From an uncultured Pirellulaceae bacterium (lineage in GTDB: Bacteria > Planctomycetota > Planctomycetia > Pirellulales > Pirellulaceae), in the NCBI GenBank assembly GCA_964414815.1, contig CAYPXY010000020.1, forward strand, positions 3,956 to 67,955: DNA of 64,000 bases, given 5' to 3'. Under the pieces are notes generated by a model. It was given only the letters and a program-made list of their open reading frames with translations, was not told where the DNA came from and made no database searches. The translations under genes were made by a program, and so were the position numbers. Shown here in pieces: positions 37,828-46,466 of the stretch. Each line of letters begins with the position of its first letter. Within the stretch, counting starts at the first letter, position 1.

Positions 37828-38003
37828 GTTGTTCTTACCTCAAAACCTTGAATGAAACGACGCCGTAAATATCCTCCTCAAGCAACCCAATTTAAAAAAT
37901 TGTATTTTTTTTTTACACAAATGAAAAGGCATTTTCGATGAAATTTGCCGGTATAAAATCAAGTAACTTCACACCCTCGAAGAACCGATCTAACATCCAG
38001 ACT

Positions 38004-39719
38004 CTACTGCCGGGCGATTCGAATGCCGCACCAGGCGAAGAAGATGGTCATGAGTGGGCTGATCCAGTTGAAAAAGCAATACGGAGCATACTCCAGGGCA
38101 TTGATTCCAAGCGTGGCCCCCGCAAAGGCGCCGCAGGTATTCCAGGGGACAAGCACGCTGGTCACCGTACCCGCGTCCTCCAGCGTTCGGCTCAGATTTT
38201 GCGGAGCCAGCCCGCGTTCTTCAAACGTTTTCCGGAACATTCTGCCTGGCACAACGATGGCCAGATATTGATCGGATGCGGTCAGGTTCAGCACCAGGCA
38301 ACTAGTGGCCGTGGTTGCGATCAATGACCAGGTTGAACGGGCGAAAATTAATAGCGACTGTGTGACTCGCTGGAGCAATCCGGTCGCTTCCATCACACCT
38401 CCGAAGGACATGGCACAGAATACAAGCCAAACCGTATTCAACATTCCATACATCCCACCGGACTCCGAAAATTTGGCGGCAGCCAGTTTTGCCTCCAGTT
38501 CAATCATTTGCGAAGTCGATCGTATCTGGCCCTTGGGCAACGCCTCAAGTTCTTCCGCAGTGAGTTCAGGGTTTTTCAACTGTTCGCGGGCGGCAGCAAG
38601 TTTGAGCTCATCGAGTTCTGATTTCCATATCGAGGTGTACTCGTTGGGGATGACCGCTATTTCGCCCGCCATAGTGTTGATCACCGCTCGATAGGCTTTT
38701 TTGAGGGATAGCAACATTCGGTTTTTGTTGGGTTCTGATCGCTCGTTCTCCGCTGGAACGATCAGATCTCCTGCAGCATTGTCCGCTCCGGCAGCCTCGT
38801 TGGAAGCGACTTCCGCAACGGGTACGATGCCGGAAACGGTATCGATCACTTTCGGCTGAAACGCCACCGCGAAGGCGGCTCCCAACAAGGTACCGACGAA
38901 GAGCGCCATCAACGCATCGACTCGCATCATCACCATGACCAGCACCGCTAATGGAACCAGAAACAGAATCGGCGAAATATAGAAATAGTCGCTGATCACG
39001 TTTTGCAGGGCCTCGATTTGTGTGATCGTGGTGTCCGACGATGAGGAGAACCCGATCGCGAAAAAGATTCCTGTGGCAATCACAAGGCTGGGGACGGTCG
39101 TATACAACATGTAGCGGATATGAGTAATCAACTCCGTTCCCGCCATCGCCGAGGCCAGATTCGTGGTGTCAGAAAGCGGTGAAACTTTGTCGCCAAAATA
39201 GGCGCCGGAGATAACAGCCCCCGCTGTATAGGCGGGGTCAATCCCCAGCGCATGACCGATCCCCAGCAGCGCTACCCCCACCGTTCCCATCGTGGTCCAG
39301 GAGCTTCCGGAGGCTAACGAGACAATGGAGCAGACGATGACCGAAGCGCCCAGAAAAACCTTGGCATTGAGAATGTCCAGCCCGTAGTAAATCATCGCGG
39401 GAACAATGCCGCTGATGACCCAAGTTCCGATCAGCGAACCGATAACCAATAAAATCAAGATGGCGGTCAAGGCAGAGTGGATACTGGTTTTGATACCCTC
39501 CATCATTTTTGAGAATGGCACCCCCAGAGTCATACCGACGACGGCGGCTACGGCTGCGGCCAGCAAGAGCGAAATCTGGTTGGCTCCTTCCGTCGCTGTG
39601 TCCCCATAAACGGCGACAGCAACCGCCAGCAAGGCAATGAGCGCCGTCAGAGGAATCATGGCCTTCCAAAGCGGGATGGAACTGACAAAGGCCGGCGTGA
39701 GTTCTTCGGGAATGTTCAT
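38004..39719 (-). CDS. nhaC: NhaC-family Na+/H+ antiporter with a ~120-aa hydrophilic insertion
   Basis: Multiple TM segments, plus 'GSSWTTMGTVGVA' and 'LVPWNTCGA' motifs typical of NhaC. Confidence 0.85.
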   Translation of the reverse strand: MNIPEELTPAFVSSIPLWKAMIPLTALIALLAVAVAVYGDTATEGANQISLLLAAAVAAVVGMTLGVPFSKMMEGIKTSIHSALTAILILLVIGSLIGTWVISGIVPAMIYYGLDILNAKVFLGASVIVCSIVSLASGSSWTTMGTVGVALLGIGHALGIDPAYTAGAVISGAYFGDKVSPLSDTTNLASAMAGTELITHIRYMLYTTVPSLVIATGIFFAIGFSSSSDTTITQIEALQNVISDYFYISPILFLVPLAVLVMVMMRVDALMALFVGTLLGAAFAVAFQPKVIDTVSGIVPVAEVASNEAAGADNAAGDLIVPAENERSEPNKNRMLLSLKKAYRAVINTMAGEIAVIPNEYTSIWKSELDELKLAAAREQLKNPELTAEELEALPKGQIRSTSQMIELEAKLAAAKFSESGGMYGMLNTVWLVFCAMSFGGVMEATGLLQRVTQSLLIFARSTWSLIATTATSCLVLNLTASDQYLAIVVPGRMFRKTFEERGLAPQNLSRTLEDAGTVTSVLVPWNTCGAFAGATLGINALEYAPYCFFNWISPLMTIFFAWCGIRIARQ

Positions 39720-40045
39720 TCAGGTCTTCTTCTGCGTGTGATGAAATGTGAACCGTCATTGTCCGACTTTGAGCAGTCTGGCTTTTGCATCGGCCCAAGT
39801 TGAAATGGTCGTTTTATTCCCCATAGTATCGTGACTGGGAGTGACCAAGTCAATTCTTGAGTCGTGAACGGGTACTTCTTTCTTGACCTGACTGGCAGTA
39901 GTAAAAAATCAGATTACAATCAACGTTCTGGCTTGTCGTGAACGGTTGCCAATAAACATCCTCCTCCATCCTCTGAGATTGCTGCCACTTCCAAACCAAC
40001 GCAGTTCAAACGACTCTTCAATCCGCAGGTAGAAAATCCATAGCA

Positions 40046-41317
40046 ATGAAAACGCAATACCGGTTATCCCAATGGTTCGTCAAGGCAGCTTTCCTTTTGC
40101 TTGGAGGGTGCAGTATCGGGAATATCGATGCCCAAACGCTCACCACGGTTGTCAATAACGGGGCTCCCTCGAACCGAGCCGATATCGTTTTCATTGGTGA
40201 CGGCTATCAGTCTCATGAACTGGGAACCACCTATAGGTCGCATATTGAGTCGACCTTGGATCACATGTTCGTGAATTCGCTCTCATCTCCATTCAATCGC
40301 TATCGAAACTTTTTCAACGTACATGCCGTCAATATCGCAAGTAATCAATCCGGTGCGGATGATCCCATCAACAACATTTATGTGAATACAGCACTCGATG
40401 CCAGTTATCGATGGGACGGTGTCACTGACCGGCTGTTGTATTTCAGTACCAGCAAGGCGAATAGCGCGGTCAACGCAGCGCTCTCGGGTTCTGGAATTGA
40501 CGTCGATATGCGAGTGGGATTGGTCAATCACGCGAAGTATGGAGGTGGAGGAGGACAGTGGGCTGTCTACTCAGGCGGGAATGCTACGGCGCGTGAAATT
40601 GCACTTCATGAGATCGGACATTCGTTTTCGGGATTGGCAGACGAATATTTCTATGATCCCGACGCCACCTATACCGGAGGCGAGTTGTCTCAGTGGAACG
40701 TCACGAATAACCCGAACTCCGGAAAGTGGGATCGTTGGGTCGGATACAACGATCCCACTACAAACATCGGCCCTATCGGCTACTACGAGGGCGGTCGATA
40801 CTACGCAAAAGGAATTTGGCGGCCATCAGACAATTCCAAAATGCGTGCCCTGGATCGTCCCTTTGACGCGATCAGTCGCGAAAAAATTATTTACGATATT
40901 TACTCACACGTCCGTCCGCTTGACTCCTGGCTTGACAATTCCAGTCTGTTGCTGGATCCGGAATATCTTTGGGTTTCGTCCGTCGATTCGGACGTGATCA
41001 AGGTCAAATGGTACCTCAACGGCGAGTTCCTGAATCGGTTTGGTGAGGACCTCAGTCTTGCGTCGCTGGGATTGACAACCGGTACTTATGAAATCTCTGC
41101 ACTGGCCTACGACGAGATCTTGGACTATTCATTTTCGGGTGGATCCATGGATTGGTGGCGATTGGATTCTTCGAGATTGCAACAATCGGTTTCATGGAAC
41201 GTTTCCTGGACCGCGATCCCTGAGCCTGGCTCCGCCTTCACGATCGTGCTGCTGGCAGGAATGATGTTTTATCGAGTGCGTCCTAAAATGAAATCAAATT
41301 TTGCCCCAGGCGAATAG
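40046..41317 (+). CDS. M64 (IgA peptidase-like) metallopeptidase with a PEP-CTERM sorting signal
   Basis: 'ALHEIGHSFSGLADEY' and C-terminal 'IPEPGSAFTIVLLAGMMFYRVRPK'. Confidence 0.8.
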   Translation: MKTQYRLSQWFVKAAFLLLGGCSIGNIDAQTLTTVVNNGAPSNRADIVFIGDGYQSHELGTTYRSHIESTLDHMFVNSLSSPFNRYRNFFNVHAVNIASNQSGADDPINNIYVNTALDASYRWDGVTDRLLYFSTSKANSAVNAALSGSGIDVDMRVGLVNHAKYGGGGGQWAVYSGGNATAREIALHEIGHSFSGLADEYFYDPDATYTGGELSQWNVTNNPNSGKWDRWVGYNDPTTNIGPIGYYEGGRYYAKGIWRPSDNSKMRALDRPFDAISREKIIYDIYSHVRPLDSWLDNSSLLLDPEYLWVSSVDSDVIKVKWYLNGEFLNRFGEDLSLASLGLTTGTYEISALAYDEILDYSFSGGSMDWWRLDSSRLQQSVSWNVSWTAIPEPGSAFTIVLLAGMMFYRVRPKMKSNFAPGE

Positions 41318-42957
41318 TCGGGATCCAGCAAAACGTTTCCGCCATGATTTTGAGCGATCCGCCAAGCCTTGGATAGCCCGAACCCCAGCCCGCGGCCGGC
41401 TTCACGCCCCGAAAAGAATGGATCAAACAAATGCGACTGAATCGAAGCCGGTACACCTGGCCCGGTGTCGGTAACGGAAAAGCGGATCGAATCTTGAGTG
41501 GGACGATCGACTCTCAGTTCGATTTGATTCGAATCCTTTCGCTGACTTGATCCCTGAATCGACTCGATCGAGTTTCGTATCAGTGCCCTCAATGCGACCG
41601 TTAGTTGTTTTGGATCACATTCCACCGTGGATAGCCCCGGTGCGATGCGAATCCTGAACGGAATTCTGCATGATGGGCTGGATTCCGCTTTTTCATCAAG
41701 CGTAGCAAGTACCTGGCGATTGAGTTCGCAAAGAAACTCTCTCAGGTCCACGACTTCAAAATGGGGCTGGGGCGGGTTCGCAAACAGCATCAAGTCCGAA
41801 ATCATCTCGTGTGTTCGGATGGCCTGCTCGTAGATGATTGCCAGTTTGGCTCGTTTCTCAAGATCGGTCTCATTTTCGATCAGGGTCTGTGCTCGGGACG
41901 CAATATTGGCCAGCGGGTTATTGATTTCGTGGCTTGCTCCGTAGGCCAGTTGTTGCAGCGCACTCATCTTGGCCTGAAGTAGACAGCGCTCGAAGTGATC
42001 AGGCTCTGCCACAGCGACACCCGCCTCAGTAGTCTGCGGCTGGCCAGGTGGAAATCCCAACCCGAAGCGTAAGCGAGGGATAAAACGCGGTCCCTCGCTT
42101 ACGCTTCGGGTTAAGATGGGAATATGATCAACCGTGGTACCCGAGGTTTCCACCCGCTCAGTCTCTGGTACCTGGAGTTGGGAAAGCCAGAATCTGGCGA
42201 CGGGCCTGAGTCGATCATCGTCTTTCCAGTTGCGAACTGCTCGTTTGATCAGGCGTTTGGGCAAATCTTCCGAATCCAGGAGGGAGACCTGAAAAAAGTC
42301 GGCGAGCACATTATCTACCAAGAGGGCTGCTACACCGGAGTCGTCGGCTGGGCTGGTGGATTTCTCTGCGATCACTGTTGATAGCTTTGGAATCACAACC
42401 CGAAGCGTAAGCGAGGGATAAGGCGAGGGACCGCGTTTCTTCCCTCGCTTACGCTTCGGGTTATGATTTCCACCTGCCCAGTCTTCGGTCGTGATCTGCT
42501 GGAGCCATAGCCGGAGAAATTTCAGTCGCTTGACTGGGTTTCTTTCACGTAGAAAACGTTTGAGGGGTCGTTTCCAAATTGAACGACCCCTCATCGCAGG
42601 TTCGGTGTTGCTGTGGTCCATTGAATGGTAATGACTCAGCTCGTTGAGAAGCTTCGCGCGATCGATGTCCAGCCAATCAGCCGTTTCCGAAAGAGACTCA
42701 GGCGAACGATGGTGTTGCTCCCGAAATCGCAACACCGAATGAGCCAGTAACGCTGGGTTGAGCGCCAACAAATATTCCAGCGGTTGCCGTGATTCTTCGG
42801 GCAACTCTTCTGCGTCCGTGCATCCTGGGAAGACTTTATTGCAGTCCGCTTGTCGATCAAGCGACAACAAATACAAAATGTCGGATGCCGGACAGGGAAA
42901 CACCAGGGTGTACTCCCGGTCGGCATGTCGAAAGGCAACGGGTGGGAGAGACAGCAT
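41269..42957 (-). CDS. Sensor histidine kinase whose N-terminal ~330 codons contain two family-1 palindromic elements in frame
   Basis: H-box 'GASHEINNPLANI' and G-boxes 'DTGPGV' and 'GRGLGFGLS'. The ORF starts 54 nt after the stop of the upstream response regulator. Confidence 0.75.
   Translation of the reverse strand: MLSLPPVAFRHADREYTLVFPCPASDILYLLSLDRQADCNKVFPGCTDAEELPEESRQPLEYLLALNPALLAHSVLRFREQHHRSPESLSETADWLDIDRAKLLNELSHYHSMDHSNTEPAMRGRSIWKRPLKRFLRERNPVKRLKFLRLWLQQITTEDWAGGNHNPKRKRGKKRGPSPYPSLTLRVVIPKLSTVIAEKSTSPADDSGVAALLVDNVLADFFQVSLLDSEDLPKRLIKRAVRNWKDDDRLRPVARFWLSQLQVPETERVETSGTTVDHIPILTRSVSEGPRFIPRLRFGLGFPPGQPQTTEAGVAVAEPDHFERCLLQAKMSALQQLAYGASHEINNPLANIASRAQTLIENETDLEKRAKLAIIYEQAIRTHEMISDLMLFANPPQPHFEVVDLREFLCELNRQVLATLDEKAESSPSCRIPFRIRIAPGLSTVECDPKQLTVALRALIRNSIESIQGSSQRKDSNQIELRVDRPTQDSIRFSVTDTGPGVPASIQSHLFDPFFSGREAGRGLGFGLSKAWRIAQNHGGNVLLDPDYSPGAKFDFILGRTR
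42041..42116. repeat. Family-1 palindromic element copy E, inside the kinase ORF
   Basis: TGGCCAGGTGGAAATCCCAACCCGAAGCGTAAGCGAGGGA...TCCCTCGCTTACGCTTCGGGTTAAGA. Confidence 0.9.
42348..42481. repeat. Family-1 palindromic element copy F, inside the kinase ORF. Same subtype and orientation as copy A
   Basis: CTGGGCTGGTGGATTTC...CACAACCCGAAGCGTAAGCGAGGGA...TCCCTCGCTTACGCTTCGGGTTATGATTTCCACC. Confidence 0.9.
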
Positions 42958-43010
42958 GTTAAATTCGCATCTGACCCGCTGCCCGACAATCCAAAAACCA
43001 AAAATCCAAA

Positions 43011-43604
43011 CTAGCTCGCTGCGGCTTCCTGATCTTCCATTTCCAGCATTTCACAGCAGCGTCGGATCAAATCTTCTACTTCGAACGGTTTGTTCATGAA
43101 ATCATCGGCTCCGGCAAGCCGCAAATCATCGATCTTGTTTTGCTCGACCATGCCCGAAATACAAATCACCCGAACCGACTTCATCGTGGGATCGTTCCGC
43201 ACTCGTTGGCAGACTTCCTTGCCATTGATGTCCGGCAGCATCACATCGAGAACCACCATTTCCGGGCGAAAATCCTTGACCAGCATCCCGGCACCGAATC
43301 CGTTGTTCGCCGTACGAATGTCCCAGCGACCATCGGCTGTGAATGCATCCACCATCAAGTCTACCAGTTCCTGATCGTCATCCACGATCAACAAGCGATG
43401 CTTTCCATTTTCAAGAGCATCGGTGGGGATTCCGTTCTCTTTCATGAAGGCATAGAGCTGCTCGCGGGGAATGCGACGAAAACGGCTTCCGGGAACTCGG
43501 AACCCTTTGAGACTGCCGTTGTCAAAACAGCGAATAATGGTTTGCTGGCTGACTTTACAGATTTTTGCGGCTTCGCCCGTCGTGAAGACCGTTTTATAAC
43601 TCAT
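43011..43604 (-). CDS. Response regulator with an N-terminal excisionase/MerR-like HTH and a C-terminal receiver domain
   Basis: 'FTTGEAAKICKVSQQTIIRCFDNGSLKG', 'LLIVDDDQ', 'DVMLPDINGKE'. The start is set at 'MSYKT', 6 nt after a GGAGAGG site. Confidence 0.85.
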   Translation of the reverse strand: MSYKTVFTTGEAAKICKVSQQTIIRCFDNGSLKGFRVPGSRFRRIPREQLYAFMKENGIPTDALENGKHRLLIVDDDQELVDLMVDAFTADGRWDIRTANNGFGAGMLVKDFRPEMVVLDVMLPDINGKEVCQRVRNDPTMKSVRVICISGMVEQNKIDDLRLAGADDFMNKPFEVEDLIRRCCEMLEMEDQEAAAS

Positions 43605-44056
43605 GACCATCCTCTCCCTAGGTGGTGAAACCAACCTCAAAACACGAGGTAGCGGCTTCGTTCGTTCAGTTTGAATTGACGAAGACTGGGTTCTTGAATC
43701 GTGCGGTCGAGCTTCTTCATCCGGCAAAGATTCGCCAAGATTCCCTACAAGAGTCTTTAGCTTGTCTCACTGACCGTGTTTACCGATTTCAATCAAATTG
43801 TGGATTTGATGCAATCAGCAACGTCAACCGAATTCGCCACGCTGACCAGGATTACCAATCTTAACTTACTGCCGATTATAGCGAGCTGGAAAAGCTGGTC
43901 AAGATTGATTGAAACTGCGTAAATCACACAAGAATCGCTTGTTCGCTTTCGATGTTCTCGCTAAACTTCGCCCGAAACCAGGCGAGAATTTGAAGAGATT
44001 CGGGCTCATTTCATTTTTCTAACAAACCTTCCATTGCATCTTTTGATCCCCAAACA

Positions 44057-44953
44057 ATGGCCTTCACATCAGTTCATCCCCATTTCACCCGGCTGCTTCG
44101 ACGATCCGGCGCTCTCTCGTATCGCTGCAGTGCGGAGCGGGTGGCTTGCGGAATGGTCGTGTTCCTGCTGGTCCTGATCCAGTCAACGGGTTGTGCGGTG
44201 AAGTCCCAGCGTGGAGCCACCGAGCAACTCTTACTTTCGGACGCCGTGGATCAGGCAATTGGCGGAATCGACTTTTCAGTGCTGGCCGGGAAAAGCGTCT
44301 TTCTGGATACTTCCTATATCACCCGAGCCAACGGTCCCAACATCATCAACTCGGATTACGTCATCAGTTCGATCCGCCATCAGTTGACCGCCGCGAGTTG
44401 TATGATTCAGCCGAAGCGTGAGGATGCTGAAATCGTGGTCGAACCTCGCGTGGGAACCCTTGGCACCGATGGCAACGAAATTATTTACGGGATTCCAGCC
44501 TCGGATCTAGGAAAAGCCATGACCGCAGCCTCGGCTTCGCCGGTTTCGTTGGGGTTGCTGCCGGAAGTGTCTTTGGGACGTCGGCATTCCCAGCACGCGG
44601 TCGCCAAGGTGATTGTTTATGCGTATGACCAACAGACATTGGAACCGATTTGGCAATCCGGCATTGCCAAGGCCGAAAGCACCAGTCGTGATACGTGGAT
44701 TCTCGGAGCCGGCCCCATCCAGAAGGGCACTCTCTACGAAGGCACTCGCGTTGCGGGTAAGCGGCTCGAAGGTTCGCCCATCGATGACTTGCAGCGAGTG
44801 GTCGCTGACGAAGATACCAAACGAATGCCGCTCAAGTACGAATCGCCGCGCCAGTTTTCAAGTTTTGGAAAGCCCAACGCATCCTCCGAGGAGCCAGCGA
44901 GTGAACCGGAGGTTCAGCCTGCCGGACATACGGAAGAGGGTGATGGGGGATAG
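44057..44953 (+). CDS. Hypothetical lipoprotein
   Basis: Lipobox-like 'LIQSTGC'. No recognised domain. Confidence 0.5.
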   Translation: MAFTSVHPHFTRLLRRSGALSYRCSAERVACGMVVFLLVLIQSTGCAVKSQRGATEQLLLSDAVDQAIGGIDFSVLAGKSVFLDTSYITRANGPNIINSDYVISSIRHQLTAASCMIQPKREDAEIVVEPRVGTLGTDGNEIIYGIPASDLGKAMTAASASPVSLGLLPEVSLGRRHSQHAVAKVIVYAYDQQTLEPIWQSGIAKAESTSRDTWILGAGPIQKGTLYEGTRVAGKRLEGSPIDDLQRVVADEDTKRMPLKYESPRQFSSFGKPNASSEEPASEPEVQPAGHTEEGDGG

Positions 44954-44980
44954 TTGTCAGTTGTCAGTTGTCAGTTGTGC
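44953..44980. repeat. Heptamer array (GTTGTCA)x3 + GTTGTGC forming the whole spacer between two convergent stop codons
   Basis: Read directly. On the minus strand it reads (TGACAAC)x3. Confidence 0.95.
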
Positions 44981-46005
44981 AGCTTCTTCAGCTCATCTCC
45001 AGTACATCCAATCAAATCACTCGCAACCAGTGACACCTCACCGAAACGGCGGGCTGCTTCGTCACCGGCAAGTCCGTGAAGGTGAACGCCCAGTCTTGCA
45101 GCATCAAGCGGCGACATCGCTTGGCCGATCAGCGCGGCGATGATCCCCGTCAGTACGTCGCCCGTTCCGCCCGTTGCCATTCCGGGATTGCCCGTTTGGT
45201 TGTGGAATAATTGCTTTCCGTTTGAAATGAGGGTTCGGTTGCCTTTCAAAACCACAACGATCGAATGGGTCTCGGCGAGTCCGATTGCTGCGTCCTCTCG
45301 CGTCTGGCGACTGCCATACGACGTCCCGGTGACTCGCTCGAATTCGCGATCATGGGGCGTCAGAATTCTTGGGCCAGCATGTTGACCCAACTCAACGCCA
45401 CCATCGGACAGGCTGTTCAGTCCATCGGCATCAACGATCAGGGGTTGGCTGGCAAATTCGTAGACGTATTGGACCATCGCCTGCTGCGCATCGCCGCGCC
45501 CCATGCCGGGGCCGATCGCCACCACGTCCGCCCAAGCCAGTTCCTGCTCGACGGCCTCGAGGCTACTCAGAGCAAAGTGCCCATCGCGGCTCTCGCATCC
45601 GCGGGTCATGTAGCAGGGCGAAAACCCGGCGACGATGGACTGGATTGCATCGGGGACCAAGACTTTCACCAGTCCCGCTCCAGCGCGTGTTGCCGCCATG
45701 GCGGTGAGGCCGATCGCACCTGCCATTCCCATCGAGCCGCCAATCAGCAGTACCTTGCCGTAGTCGCCCTTGTGCGAGTCGGGCCGCCTCGATGGCAATT
45801 TTAGCATAGGTATCGCATCGGCTGTCGGTGGTTCGCCGGGGCCAGCGACCGAGGGAGCGGATTCGGTTGTCCCGCTGGCAAATACCTGCGAGGTAAACTG
45901 CTCCAGACTCAGCCGACCCGCTCGAAACGACTTGGCCAGCTGTTGAAATTGGTTTCGGTTGATCATAATGGAAGGCAACTGTACAGGGATACTGTGGAAA
46001 AGCAA
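44971..46005 (-). CDS. nnrD: ADP-dependent NAD(P)H-hydrate dehydratase (YjeF C-terminal family) with a ~75-aa N-terminal extension
   Basis: 'KGDYGKVLLIGGSMGMAGA' and 'GGTGDVLTGIIAAL'. Confidence 0.85.
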   Translation of the reverse strand: MLFHSIPVQLPSIMINRNQFQQLAKSFRAGRLSLEQFTSQVFASGTTESAPSVAGPGEPPTADAIPMLKLPSRRPDSHKGDYGKVLLIGGSMGMAGAIGLTAMAATRAGAGLVKVLVPDAIQSIVAGFSPCYMTRGCESRDGHFALSSLEAVEQELAWADVVAIGPGMGRGDAQQAMVQYVYEFASQPLIVDADGLNSLSDGGVELGQHAGPRILTPHDREFERVTGTSYGSRQTREDAAIGLAETHSIVVVLKGNRTLISNGKQLFHNQTGNPGMATGGTGDVLTGIIAALIGQAMSPLDAARLGVHLHGLAGDEAARRFGEVSLVASDLIGCTGDELKKLHN

Positions 46006-46021
46006 GGAGATACTTATCGTA

Positions 46022-46213
46022 ACCGTTCACTGAGGTTTAGCCGCAAGCCGAAGCCGACCGCCATTGGTTTGCAACGATCACAAAAAGCAGATCGGCTCAT
46101 GGGTTGAAGCTGAAATATCGAGAAATGGTCGGCGCAGGCGCGCCGGAAGACGGTAGGGTGTCGTCTCCGTACTCAAACAGCCTGCCAATAAAATACGTAC
46201 GTCCGTGAACGGT
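46022..46213. repeat. Family-3 element, partial or half copy, bounded by CCGTTCAC ... GTGAACGG
   Basis: GTTTAGCCGCAAGCCGAAGCCGACCGCC and GGTCGGCGCAGGCGCGCCGG are shared with 30107-30510. Confidence 0.8.
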
Positions 46214-46234
46214 TGAACAGCAGGTTGCAGATGG

Positions 46235-46352
46235 CCTGGTGGAAATCATAACCCGAAGCGTTAGCGAGGGAAGAACTGCGGTCCCTCGCTTACGCTTCGG
46301 GTTATGATTCGAATATTATCAACAGTGATCGCTGAGATATCCACCAGCCCAG
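46235..46352. repeat. Family-1 palindromic element copy G, inverted relative to copy A
   Basis: CCTGGTGGAAATCATAACCCGAAGCGTTAGCGAGGGA...GGGTTATGATTCGAATATTATCAACAGTGATCGCTGAGATATCCACCAGCCCAGG. Confidence 0.9.
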
Positions 46353-46466
46353 GTTGTGGCTCCCCCCATCTGCAAATGACCAAGAGACGGTAAACTATGA
46401 GGTGCATGAAAGCCACGCAATCTCCAATTTATCAACGCAATTCAAATCGAAAAAGGTAACCCATAA

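Noticed and set aside
39720-40045. tRNA or other small RNA genes in the larger intergenic spacers (6240-6688, 20941-21480, 39720-40045, 43728-44056).
   Set aside because: A visual scan found no T-loop (GTTCGAATC/GTTCAAATC) with a matching acceptor stem outside coding regions. This was not an exhaustive scan, so tRNAscan-SE or Infernal should confirm it.
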